A stretch of DNA of 64,000 nt, from NCBI GenBank assembly GCA_051362555.1, contig CM120643.1:14730644-14794643 (forward strand). Direction: 5' to 3'. The notes beneath the pieces were generated by a model. It worked only from the letters and a program-made list of their open reading frames with translations. It was not told the DNA's origin and made no database searches. The position numbers and the translations under genes were made by a program. Numbering within the stretch: position 1 is the stretch's first letter; the number at the start of each line of letters is the position of its first letter. The stretch comes from Lingula anatina (Eukaryota; Animalia; Brachiopoda). Shown in pieces: positions 25,001 to 38,158 of the stretch.

Positions 25001-28000
25001 ATTACAAACAGAAAAAAATTAATAAATGAAAGTAAACAAAGTATATATGAAGACGCATGATAAATAAATAAATAAATAAACACATAGGCAGATAAGCAAG
25101 GCAATCATAAAAAAGAAAGAGTATAAAACAAGTATTATGTGCATTTGCATTGAACACTTTGTACCAAAGTTTACTAACAGTCCGATATGGCTATTGTCTA
25201 TGTTTACAGGGTCGTATCGAAAACATATATTTCCATTTTTGTAATACTTTATTTACTGTGTCTAACATTCCCCTTAACCAGACAACCGTTTTCATTCAAC
25301 CTGTTGAACTCAAGCGGAGGCATATCGCGGGGTTGCAGGCACCGTGTAACCTTTGCAAGAGAATCGATTAAGCGTAGAGAATAGAGAATCGTTAGACTTG
25401 TTGCTCAAAGCGTTATATCAATCAGGCATGGTTTGTTAGCACAGTCTTACTGCCTACGCATTAAGTCTCAGAATACTTTGGCAGACGACAGTCCGAATCG
25501 CCGGAAAGGCACAGGGTGGGTTTCCAATGTAAACGATATTCATCTTAGAAAGAAATCGATAAAATTACAGGTTTTATACGAAATTGCATCGAATGGGCAA
25601 TGCTGTTTCTAGGTTGCCTTTGAAACATAGAGTTCAAGTGCTTAATCAAATTTCTCTCTGTGTGCGTTTGGCGTCATACACGTAGATGCGACACCAGGTT
25701 AACTATAAAACAAGTGTCCTAGAGCCTTACTACTAAGAAACCTCAAATCAGCATCATGTTAGCCACAGTGTGAATGATACTTCGTTTGCATTCAGATTTA
25801 CTCAAAACTGTTAAGGTTAAATTCAGCATGATAATTTAAGGCATACAACATGCTTTATACATTCGTCTAGTAAAATATCTTTCAAGAACTTCACTAAATC
25901 GCAAAGGTATACCCTATATATATAAGAAATGACTGAACTATGATTCATAAACTTGTTCTGATTGTAACCGTTTACTAGTGATATTCACCAGTTTCCATCT
26001 ACATTATAAGAGTGACTCAAACGCACATTGTGTGACTTTAAAAGGATTATGTGCTTTGATATGAACGGTAGGCAAGACAATTGGTTGTTGTCAAACATAT
26101 GCTCTGAGTCACTTAGAATATTGTCTAAAAATTGCAAACCTTCAAGTTGTCGTGTTTTATTTCCCTTAAAATATTTTTAAACATTAGAATAGTCAATGAT
26201 AGATACACAAAAAAGTTCTAGAACCATTCCAATAAAACGGCCTCTGGCGAGCCACGGCGGCGTCCTGCGTCACATGACAAGACGTCCCACATGATATGTC
26301 TAACAATTTGATAAATTAGTTCTTCAGATGTATCGAGTAACTGTGGTACTGATACACGTCAAATCCCTGAAGTTTATTTTGCTTTTTGAGTAAAACCAAA
26401 GGAATGTCCAACGACGCCAGATAACGTTATCATTTTAGACCAGTGTCATTAAATTATGTTTTTTAAATGTGGCAATAAGGTAGCTGGTTCCGTTAGTAAA
26501 CTTGTCACCTCCCCCCTTAAGAACTATCAATTGATTGTGCTTATTAGAATATTTGCCTGAATGTTACCCAAAGATCTGCTATCGAATCTAGGCGAGGTCT
26601 TTCGATCTTTTAATCCCCTATGGCTGCAGCTAACAGCCAGAGTTGCCTTCAACAACAACATCCTCTGCACGTGAAAGTAAATTTTGATACGGGTTGCTTA
26701 TCAAGACTGCGTATCAGACACTAACAATTCCCTGTTGACAACATTTCTTGCAATTACTCCATAAAACAGATCTTGCAATTTCCATCAGATGGGATGATCC
26801 ATGGATCCTTGCGCTGTAACAAGTTTTTGATATGCTCTTAACATGCTATGCGTTGGCTTATATCTGAGTTATTGCAAAAGAAAATCGTTTTTCAAATGCT
26901 ATGTCTGACAAGCACGCGGTTATCAAAATGATACCCCAAGGTCAGTTGCTAAGGGCGGATGTATTTTTAAACGTACCAGATTTAGTCTTGACTATAACAT
27001 ATACGGCATGGTACATTTGTAGCTATAGAAGCTATAGATGCTATGTTCCGTATTATGCATATTGCCATTGGTACAAAGAGTGTTAAAGCACCAAAATAAA
27101 TAAATTAATAAATAAATAAAGAAAGAAAGAAATGCACCACTGAACCGAATAAACAGACTTCAAGAGGGTCTCGTTTTGCATTCAAATTTGTGTTTGGTTC
27201 TAAGATTCCATGTCTGTATTAAAGTTGCGTGTCTTTTGTCTATCCCTTTTCTTTTTTCCTAAAAATTTGCTTTTCATTTATATCACATTGGATTTGCCAG
27301 TTTTTTCTTTTCATTTTGTCTTTGACATTCTTTCAAGACGTCTTTCGAGATTCAACTCACTTTGTATTTGTATCATATACATTTGATATGCATATTAAAC
27401 GGCTTCTGTTAACAGCTGGGTATCTTAATATCTTATTAATCTATCTGCATTCTTTCCAGGTTATTTCCACGACCTTACACAGCGTTCCAGTGGTATAACT
27501 AGCTGCAGTTCCAAGAAGGAGCCATTGGATCGGAGCGACTCTGAAGAAGAAAGCACCAGAGACGGATCGCTCAATTCGACTCAGCCAACAAGCCCGCTAT
27601 CCGGAAGCACCGCTTCATCACACTCCGGCTCCGACTACGAGAATCACGACAGTCACGAAGCGGCACAAGACGGTGTGACCTCTGACCTCTCTTTATCTGG
27701 CACAGTTGGGTACACATACGAAGCGTTTTTAATCACCGACGGAAGATCCAAGCGCCGCCGCCGGGGCTATAACGCCGAGGGGAACGGGCGACAACGTTAC
27801 ACGTGTAACGAATGCGGTAAGCATTACGCAACATCGTCAAATCTGTCACGGCATAAGCAGACGCATCGCAGCCTCGACAGCATGTCTGCCAAAAAGTGTC
27901 CGCATTGTGACAAAGTCTACGTGTCTATGCCAGCCTTGTCTATGCATATTTTGACTCATGATTTGAAGCACAAGTGTGACGTTTGCGGGAAATCCTTCAG

Positions 28001-28274
28001 TCGGCCTTGGTTGCTTCAGGGCCACAAACGTTCCCACACGGGAGAGAAACCCTACGGCTGTGCCCATTGCGGCAAAGCGTTCGCGGATCGTTCCAATCTT
28101 CGCGCGCACATGCAAACTCATTCCGCCATGAAACATTACAGCTGCGAACGATGCAACAAGACTTTTGCCTTGAAGTCCTATCTCAACAAACATTATGAAT
28201 CTGCCTGTTTCAAAGATGATTTAAGTTCCATTCCATTTCATGGTCATTCCAGCGACAGTGAATCATCGAATTAA
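19054..28274 (+). CDS. scrt: Scratch (Snail superfamily) zinc-finger transcriptional repressor, 2 exons, 337 aa
   Basis: Exon 1 19054-19252 starts with the SNAG domain MPRSFLVKK and ends at donor G|GTAAG. Exon 2 27460-28274 follows TCTTTCCAG; the phase-1 junction is in frame. It encodes the scratch motif EAFLITDGRSKRRR and five fingers (CNECGKHYATSSNLSRHKQTH, CPHCDKVYVSMPALSMHILTH, CDVCGKSFSRPWLLQGHKRSH, CAHCGKAFADRSNLRAHMQTH, C2HC CERCNKTFALKSYLNKHYESAC). Confidence 0.96.
21549..21821. mobile_element. MITE family A (Tourist/PIF-Harbinger-like) in the scratch intron
   Basis: TIRs GATCGCATTCAGAA / TTCTGAATGCACTC with TAA on both flanks; subterminal GATCYGCGGACTAA repeats; related copies at 36922, 39023 and 42915. 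Confidence 0.75.
21826..22025. mobile_element. MITE family B in the scratch intron
   Basis: CCCCATTTCCATAGATTAGATCGACC...GATCGATCTAAATCTATGGGAATAGAGCC; a closely similar copy lies at 39397-39613. Confidence 0.75.
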
Positions 28275-31107
28275 ACGTTTGTGTGGTGGGTGACGCACCC
28301 ATTAAAGATGAGGCGGTAAGAACGTTGAAAAGAGACTGAAAACGTATTTTGATCACTATTTACAGCTTCCCGAAGAGAAAAAAAGAGATGAGTAAACGAA
28401 GTGAAACTTTCAGAATAAAATATGGCTTCCAAAAGAGTAGATTTTGACCAACAATCAGTATGATGTCATGCAATGACTAAGCTGCAAGACAATTGGATTG
28501 TCTGAACGATAAAGAATACTCATTTTTAACGTAAAACGACCGTTCTTGGGATTTTTTGTGAGATAAAAGTGGCTTCTTGGTATCACCGACAACTCTTGAT
28601 ACCCGCAACTCTAAATAAATTTACCCCCATCAATGTGCCATTTTTAGACAACCTTTTTCCTTACTTCAAGTGAGTTGTAATTTACATTAGTTCTCATTCA
28701 AAACGGTTCTTTCCACAGCTAGAACCTTGACAACTTGAAATGAGTGTGTCATGTGGTTGAGACACATAATGTATAATTAAGAAGGAAATTGGAAGGCATT
28801 AGCGAATCAAAATTCCACGAACGGTATTCTTAAGGTATACGTGTAATGTAAGAGAACATGAACAAGTGTTAAACGCTGGCGCTGTTTCGAAGAATGACTG
28901 ATATTTCATAAGATGAAAACAAAATCGGTTTTTCAAAATTGTATTTATATATATATATATATATATATATTCATATATTTAAGTTATGAGCAGCGATTTT
29001 TACAACGTTTTTGTTTCCAATTTTTGAAGCACACTTTTCCCATCATATTCCTATGAGATGGAAGTTTTTGCAATATTTCAATTAAGTTTCTTCGGATGAA
29101 ATGTAATAATTACATACTTCTTACTTTTCAACCGGGTATGCTTATGGTGGCACTAACATGCCCAAAGCAATTTGGTATCATTAAAGGTCAGGCAGGTTTC
29201 TTTAGATCAAGGCTGGACTGACGTGCTTTGATTCTCTCGGCAGTTTACGGATTTAAGAAGTTTGAACATTTGTATCCAACGAAAGTTAATTGAAGTGAAA
29301 GTAATATTTATTTAAAACTTTGTACAGATATAGTGCAATACTGAACGCAGAGCATAAAGTTATGCCACAGTCGTAATATGTTGTGAATCTGAGCTTCCAA
29401 TACATTCCGAAAGGTCTGATGCACTTGATGATAAATACCAGACAGGTTCTAGGAGAATGATAAACCATTTGATATATTTTATCGGCAAAAGTGCAATATA
29501 CTTCCGTCAACTACATGTATGAGCGTCCACTATGTATAACCTTTTATACATTAGACGAGTCAATGGTATATGTGTCGATAGGGTCTAGATATAGCTTACA
29601 AGTCGTTAGTTGAATTAGTATGTGATGTGTAATGTGTATTATGAGGTATCAGTGTGGCTGTGACTCGGCACATGCAAGCCATAGGTGTGTATGGATTCTA
29701 TATTCAAATGTAGACTTGTACTTAATTTCCAGTATCTCTTAAAGCCTGGTATTAGGTTTTCAACCACTAAGGAGTGCCAATCCTTCCGTTTTAAGGGAAA
29801 AGAAAGCAGCAGGTTTCCCAGACAACGAAAATGTAAATTAGGCCTATATTTTTCTCATAGTAGTTTTTTAAAAACGGTTCGGTTTGAATAGTTAATTTTG
29901 ATCTGTGGTGTTTGGCGTGGGCAAAAATTTGGCATATGTTCACACGCGATGTAAATGACTATCAAATCCAACTATTGAAAACAAGTTCCTCGATGTCTAA
30001 TGATGCATACACGTTATTAAGGTGCCATTTTATTCAATGAATTGAAAATACCGGGGCAACCCTCGGATTTCTTTTCATATGAAGCCTGAGAACAATAACG
30101 TGTCTGGCAATGTCACGAAACGGTACTAGTGCATGACGGAAGATACCTAGTTTTTACTATTGCTGTGGCTTTGAAAGGCGTTCAAGTGTTGAATATGTTC
30201 CAAATGACGCTAGTCACATAACGCTACGTTATCGCGAGCTCACAGATAGACAGATGAGTAATAGTATAAGAAATGAGTAACCGGACACTTTCACTAATGA
30301 TTCAGAAGCAGAGGGCAAATCGAAAAGAGAAAAAAACAATTATTTCTTTCTGGCAGCGTTCCAAAAAATGATAAACAAATGCCCTTTTTGGCGATATAAT
30401 TTGTTAATTGCCCGGCGCATCGCGCCTGGCTAATGGCTGCATGAGACAGATAAGAAGTTTCAGAGAATTGATGTATAAACCGTGTATAGTCAAACTGTAT
30501 GTTAATGATTAATCTATTGTCGAATCTCATTTTACATTTGTTGTTGTTATAATTGTTGTTATGCGCTTTTTAATCAGAGATTTTTATATTGGTTCGATGC
30601 ATTATTCTTTTTATAAGTTTTAATTTATCAACGTTATTAGTGTTTCTTACGTCCTGGACAGAATGACGAGTAGAATAACAGACGTATTTTATGTCACTAT
30701 CCGTTTTTACAAACGTCAACAACCAATAGACGTTTATATAACGTTTATAACGCAGTTTTATAATGCATATTTTTATTTTGACAGAGGTAGTTTTTCTAAA
30801 CTTTCTCTGCTGCCTCCTGCCTCGGCATTGTAAAATGAAATAAAGCAATATTTGTAGAAATGGGTTTTCTCTTCGTCGTTTTGGTTGATGCCAGTGTACC
30901 ATTTATAAATGCTCTTTAGTGAGAATCTCCCGCACAGTTGGAATGACCCAGCTAGTACGATGTGTGAATCTGAATGCGTCCTAAAACACAATGATGCATG
31001 ACTTCAACCACAATCTCCCATCCAATCCTATCAATGCACTCAGTGAAACTAACGGGCCTGTAAAACACGTCCCTTCGGTAACATATGGGTAGATCCCAAA
31101 ATTAGTC

Positions 31108-31212
31108 CACTTTGAACTAGATTAAGTTGTAGTGAACTTAGACACTTTGATCTAGATTAAGTTGTAGTGAACTTAGACACTTTGATCTAGATTAAGTTGT
31201 AGTGAACTTAGA
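31108..31212. repeat. Minisatellite, 35-bp unit x3
   Basis: CTAGATTAAGTTGTAGTGAACTTAGA at 31117, 31152 and 31187. Confidence 0.95.
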
Positions 31213-31429
31213 ATGACAAAGCGTAAACACACGTTTTTTTACTAAAAATTACTTCTAAAAGCTTTTCTTGTTGGACTTATCTAGAGACAAGAAAAACTTT
31301 TGATAATTCAAAAAGATTCAAATGAGTCGCCAAAAACAGTCTAATTTTTCATCTCCTGATAAACCCTGCCATCTGTCCAACATTACAGTTTTGAATCGCG
31401 CATAACCCGGAATGCAAATAAATCAATTA

Positions 31430-32571
31430 ATTAAATAATTAATTAAAGAATACTGTTGACTGTTTCGTCTGTTCACTCTGACAGACTTGGTCACAACTGA
31501 ATCACCTGTTCAGGTGAAGGTGAACAAGTAATTACCTCAGTCTTGATGATGACTTGTTAGTCCCTCTTTTGCCCCCTCCTCAACATCACAAGAATGAGAC
31601 TACTGGAGGACAAGAAACAGAGATCACTACTGTCTATTGTAGACATTATAAAAGCTGGAGTTTGTTTTATCTAAAAATTTGGTACAGCAATGGTCATCCT
31701 AGTGTCTCCTTTGTTAGCTAACATCTTCATGAGGACTTGGAACAAACGACTATCAAAACACCTCCCTTTTGGTGCAAGCCATGCCTATGGCTCAGATATG
31801 TGGATGACATCCTGGTGATAATACCAAAGGATACCACAGCAGCAGTGAACCAAGACATGAATAGTATTGAATAGTATACAATTCACCAACGAAGAGATGA
31901 AGGACAACCACAAAAAAGTGGGAAAATTCAAAGGACAAGTCACAATCCTATTGTGAAAGCAATTTCAGAGAAAATCATGAATGCAATGAGAAAGAAAAAC
32001 ATCAAAATGTCATTGAAACCACACGCAAAAATCAGAAACTTTCTTGTACATACAAAAGACAAGATAGAGGACAGCAAAAAGTGTGGAAAAGTATATGAGA
32101 TCGGGTGTGGGATCTGTGCCAGAGTATATTTTGGAGAGACGGGGAGAAAACTAGAAACAAGACTAGAGAAGCACATGAAAGAAGTAAAGAAAAATGTAAG
32201 TGCGGGAATTAACACCAGATCCAAACGCTCTATGTACAGGAGTTTTCCACAAATCAGCCAACACAGATCCTATGTCAGAAAACAGTCATGTGCCAAAATG
32301 GAACAATTCTAAAGTGCTAGCCAGTGAAAGTAATTACAGCAAACGCAAAGTTTTGGAACCAATCTGGATAAGAAGAAAGAAATACACCATGAAGAGATGA
32401 AGGAGCACACAAACTGTCCCATGTGTATGATGATATTCCACCTGGGGGGCGGGGCAAGAGGGACTGACAAGTCATCATCAAGACTGAGGCAATTACCTGT
32501 TCACCTTCACCTGAAAGGTAATTCAGTTGTGACCAAGTCTGTCAGAATTAACGGACGAAACAGTCAACAGG
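31430..32571 (+). mobile_element. Decayed, 5'-truncated Penelope-like retroelement with inverted pseudo-LTRs
   Basis: RT remnants GTAM..VSPLLANIFM (about 31681-31730) and WLRYVDDILVI (31788-31820); GIY-YIG remnant KVYEIGCGICARVYFGETGRKLETRLEKH (ORF 31953-32312); ~120-bp inverted repeats at about 31453-31575 and 32450-32570; 11-bp direct repeat TAAATCAATTA at 31419-31429 and 32572-32582. Frameshifts and stops present. Confidence 0.88.
32525..32570 (+). ncRNA. Candidate minimal type I hammerhead ribozyme, G3-C8 core variant (mirror copy on - strand at about 31453-31498)
   Basis: GTT-GTGACCA-A-GTCTGT(loop)ACGGAC-GAAAC-A-GTC^AAC: stem II, GAAA, minimal stem III and GUC site in the correct order. 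The core CUGANGA is replaced by GUGACCA. Confidence 0.55.
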
Positions 32572-35500
32572 TAAATCAATTATGTGGATATATCATAAAT
32601 GAAAACTTTTCAACGATAAGTTTTTGTTTATTTGATTGCATATTTAGTGCATTAAAATATTTTTGTTCTCTCTGATCTTCTTGAAAAAAATTTTCTATCT
32701 ATCTAATGGCTGGACAATGTTGTGAGGTACTGGGAATTCGCTGACAATTGCGCTCTCAGCAATCACGTCAGAATTGCCAAAAATAAACGGGCAATGACGC
32801 ATGTTAATTAACGTCATCAGCAGACACTATTAGTCAGAAAGTCGCCAGCTCAACGATAGATCACCTTAGTGGACTGTAAGTGTAGCTGGACCACGTTTCG
32901 AGAACGACTTATTGGCAAATAAGGCGTAATTAAATTTGTGTAACAGTTGTTTCAGTGGAATGTTTTCGTTAAGATAAACTACCGTGTAGTAGTGCAATGC
33001 AGGATCTTAAAAACTTTCTGTTATTACAATGTCCATTAAAAAAAGTATTAAACGTTAATATATTGAAGAAACTTTATCTTGAAAGGTCGAGACTGCACTC
33101 TACATGCGTCAATGCTGTCCATACGAGAAATGAAATACATGTATTATGCAATGAAGGTACGTTATTGTATGTCTATTAGTTGCATTTTTTTTACAAAATG
33201 CGTTAATCTTATTTTTACTCCTTTGTTCTCATAGCATTTTTAGCTTGCGCACCCGAGATAAAAGTATCAATAGTTACAACTCTCGAAACCCATTTATAAT
33301 AGATCCATCATCGACCTTTTTAAGACCATTGGCGCAATTCTATCGCTCGCCTCAAAGCGCATCACGCCATTAAAGCTTACTATTGAAGCAACATGTGTGA
33401 AGTAATACGCGATTGTTTACCAGTTTTAATGCAATCTCTTCAAATACTTGTTCTCGGAACCTTTGGAAATGTTAGTGACATTACAGTCTCTTTGAGCTAC
33501 AATACTGAGCAAATTTGGCCTATCGATTTTGACGGGAACTTGAGGAAACATGACAACCTACAGGGACTCCTGGTAATGTTTATAGAACAACTAACTCGCA
33601 TGTGTAAGGCCGCACACCCTCTGGGCTTAAAAAGGACCGAATCAGTTCGATCTAAATGACGAAGAAAATGTGTTTTTTTTTTGTAATAAAACTGACACCT
33701 GTGCGCCATTGCCACGAAGTCTGATCGCTGAATGCAGGATATAGAATTTGTAATGCTAAAGCGAAATTGGCTTCATTCCTTTTAAAATGCTGGAGTGATT
33801 TAGGTCGATTTCTATTAGCTCTATCTGTGAAAGTGTGAGCAAGGCCCGCCAGTTTGCGAACTGACTGAGTACACATAACTGTGATATATCTCATCACTGA
33901 ATGCGATTGATCTGTTTTTGAAGGTGACGCGGGTTTCCCACGCGGATTTCGAATCGATTTCTGCTCTGTCAGCTTAATTTTCGGTCGGCGACATCGTGAT
34001 TTAAACGGTAGTTTTCGTCATTTCTGTTCCGTTGATGTTTTTAGTCATTTAACAAACGAGTGCGACATCCATCAATACTTCAGGCACCATGGTTTTTATC
34101 AAAGAAACAATTTCGCTGGAATTTGCTGTCTTAATTTGTATGCATCTACCAAAGTACCAGAGTACATTTGTCATTAATTATAAGAACTGATATTTATAAC
34201 ATTTAATTTTTGGATTGGTAAATGATTGAAACAGAAGTTGCCATACAATCTGGCTCCTCCAGATTTGCATGCATCATACGGTGTAAATCTACCATCATGC
34301 AGCTGCCTACACTGGTCAAGCAGCGAGGCGGGGTAAAGGATCAAAAAAAGGTCTTGGATACACAAGTACCACGTTCTTTTGCCATAAAGCTTGGGAACCT
34401 GGACAAGAACCTGGAATAAAACGAACGAGAGTCCTCCCAGACATCATACATCTAGGAGCTTTCACTTTATCATTATTATTGGCGCCCATCCATAAACAAT
34501 GGAGAATCCTGTGAACGCAACATGTGATTGTGTCAGTGTGCTGTTTAAGTCGGCTTCTCTTGTTGTAATTTAAGATCCTCTATTGCCCTTGGCATGATCG
34601 ATGAGTAAGACGCGACGAGCTCGGTAATGACCAGACGGAGTTTTTGGCGTCGTAAAAATCAAGTTGAAGTAGTAATAACATTACTGCTACCTTTTCCTTC
34701 GCCTCCTTATTATACTCTCATTACCGACCCCTAATGAATAGTTTCTACAAATTTTGGTGCATCTTTCTGTCAGTCGCGTTTCCAGAAGTGAAAAGAGAGA
34801 GAGAGGTAATAAAATTAATAAACAATGAATCAATTCCTTTGATCTGATTTTTTATTTATTTAAATAACACTTTCAAGACACAGCATCTGCGGTATGCATA
34901 GATTGATTTTTCATTCAAACTCATCTTAAACGTTGCAGACTCCTGTTTAAATTGCTTGACAAGCAAAAACAGCAATTAATTATGCCGATTTTGTAAATCA
35001 GATAACAAGCACACAAAAATGGATTTATCAAAACAGGAGAGATATCAGAATATATTGTCATCACAGTCATCAGGGACTAAAAAACCTGTAATATTTCTAC
35101 ACATTATCTTGATGTGTGAGAAATAATTAACAGTACACATACAGTCAGCTGTACTTTTCTCCGTACTTAATCTTGAACTTCAATCAATGACTCAAATTAC
35201 TTCTGAGCTCTTGTACCTTCTTTCTTCGTGATTTATATAAATGCAAAACAATACAGCTATTAGAGTGTTCTTTTAACTTTCAGAGTGATCTTTCTTTTAC
35301 CGATTTTCAAGGAACTTCGTTAGCAAATGGCAGCTGCTTATATCTGGTATTTCATAAGATTTATCATCTTGTGATCTAATAATATTGAAATCCACACAGT
35401 TTTTTAAAGATATACACCTGCAAAATCCCAACTAAAGGTTATGTCTACAAAGGATAATGTATATAATACAAGCCATTAAGTCTATACATCACATATACAT

Positions 35501-36179
35501 ATTTAAAAAAAATGGTGTCAGCTGTGGATGCTTTGTATTTTGGAGATCATGCCTTGAAGCTGAAGAAAGAAGTCAAAAACATGCCAACACAGACGAACAC
35601 AAATAAAATTTCAACATTAAAAAGCTGCACAAATATAGTGGATTTCTACAAATTCTCTGGATATTGAGTATTCATTAAAACATACGTATTATGCAAAAAG
35701 AATTCTGTGCATAAAATGTTTCTGCGCTCTTAAAGAAATCACCAAACAGCAGTCTCTGCAAATGGATGATATTACGCTCCTGTTCTTATGAAAGTTATAT
35801 TCATTATAAGATAAAAGCAAACATTTGCTTATAATATAACACATAAATTGCTGGATATTCATTAGGACCATCTACCAAGTATTTGGTTTGCAGTATTTTA
35901 TATAATTAAATTTTATCTTTAATGCATCCAAAAACATAAAAATTTCAATTTCCGTACTTGAAATGTACTTCACAAAAATTAGTTTGCAATCTTAAATAAC
36001 TTGCCAAATTACCAACATTTTAACATTTCATATCGAAAGCTATTGAGAATAGTGGGATAAGAAAAACGAACGCTTTACATAATATTGCGTCAGGTGTGAA
36101 ACTTAAGGGCATGGCAAAGATCTTGGATTGTGTTAGGTGTGCCAGCACATTTCATAGCTTCACAATAGGATCAATAGTT

Positions 36180-37195
36180 CTACACTATAGGATCAGCATA
36201 CACACAGCCAGATTCTATCCCCAGGTTGTAATCATTGCCTTTCCCGCCTTTATAGGCACTGGTGACAATTCTGAACCAGCCCTGCTCACCCTAAAGAAAG
36301 ACAAAAATATTCAGAAGAGTATTTCATCTGCTGTTTTTAAAGTAAATTTTTTTCATACCAGAAGCTACTATTACCGTACTTTGCTTTCCAACATTTTAGC
36401 ACATCTCCATCAACTTTGTGCCTTTTATTTTTTGTGTTGGGTAAAGTACAACCCGGGTTAAATCTAAAACCAGTTGAATTATGTTCAGCCACCTTCTTTA
36501 ATATTTCTGTGTAATTCATGCTCTGCAGAGCATGTTTTTAAAACTTTCAAAATGATTACTGTACACTGAAGACCAGCACTGCTGGCCAGGGAAGTCATAA
36601 ATGTATAAGTATTTGTTTTTAACATTGAAGGCAAGCAACTGAACTGCCCAAAAGGTAAGAAAGTGTATCAAATATCTTGTAAATTATTATGCAAAGTTTA
36701 AGAACATTAATTTTTGCACCAAAGGGTACGCTTACCCATGGCTGTCCCCAAGAATTCCTTACAATCCAATATTCCACCCCATTCTCTACTCCCCAGCCGA
36801 CCACTGACACAATGTGGTTTACCTGAAACATTAGAGGCAAGGAAAACTAGTATATTGTTATATATATTGCTTTCAGCATCTTTGGATCTTTTGATCAGCG
36901 TGCAGTCAGTGGGATGACTGTGAGCACAATCAGAACAGCGGGTTAACAGATCCGTGGATCAAGCATGACCTAATTACTTGAACGCTCATTGCGTAACTTC
37001 TGTGGGTAATTTATTCAGTGTCTAATTGGGAATGAAGCCACAAGCTTTTAAGTGGGTCAGCCGTATGTTATCCACGGTCCTGTTTACCTGCTATTTTGAA
37101 TGGGTCCAACAGCACTTTACTTGTTTTGTCAAAATCACCACGCGTTCAAAAAAAAAAAAAAAAAAAAAAAACTAGAAGCTGGCAAACAGTTCATC

Positions 37196-37228
<33 letters not shown>

Positions 37229-38094
37229 GTCACACAGACTTACAAGAACAAACCACTTGTCCTCGGCATAAATTCCACCTTTGTATTTTTCAAAGTTGTC
37301 TGTCACCATGATGCCACAGCTAGGCATAGAAATTGAAATAAAAATTAATTGTAGCGCAAAAAAGCAGGTGTACTTACATATATTTTATTTTTCAGTTCAG
37401 TGTAGACACCACCAGTGTATTTCTCAAAGACAGCTGTCACCATGATACCACAACTGCCAAAAAATGAAAGAAATCCTACAATGATCCCTTTCCCGACAAA
37501 AATAAATAAATAAATAAAACTGCAGTCTAGCTTTAATTTTCACTTTTCAATTTTTTTGAAACTGACACCTAAATTTTAAGGGCATCTAACCCATCATATC
37601 ACTTTTATTCTGAATAATTATCTAGAGTGTTAAATACAATCATACACGCACACACACATATACAGACACACACACTTCTTTTGAGAATTAAAATCAAATT
37701 TTAGTGACAGAATAATTACATCTCTTTTTTTAAAAAAATTTTAGTTATTTATACTTAGGAACTGTCCCTTCATTAAATGCATACAAAATGAAAAAAAAAA
37801 ATCTCTTGAACACCAATCACATACAGTGCCCCTGTATAAAATTGTAATAAAAATCAAGAAATTTCACAATCTGTAGTTTAACTTACGCAATTGGCCCTTT
37901 CTCATAAATCTCCATCATCATCTTGTCTCTGCCCTCTACATTGCCGTAGTCACCCACTCTCCACCTAGTGTAGTTCTGAATAGAATAGCACTGGCCAAAT
38001 GTGCTGCAAGTGCCGCACTCGTTGAAAGGATCACATTCTGAAATGACATTCAAGTAACATGAGGCTGCTGTCCTTTAAATTGCCCTGTGAATTC

Positions 38095-38158
<64 letters not shown>

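Noticed and set aside
27846-28198. Antisense and alternate-frame ORFs over the zinc fingers
   Set aside because: Expected shadows of a GC-richer coding exon, with no independent signals.
31108-31212. 35-bp repeat as a CRISPR direct repeat
   Set aside because: Units are directly adjacent with no spacers; it is a minisatellite.
36160-36195. Short duplication after the CTSZ stop (GATCCTATAGTG / GATCCTATTGTG) suggesting read-through
   Set aside because: Read-through meets TGA after two codons; likely a local slippage duplication.
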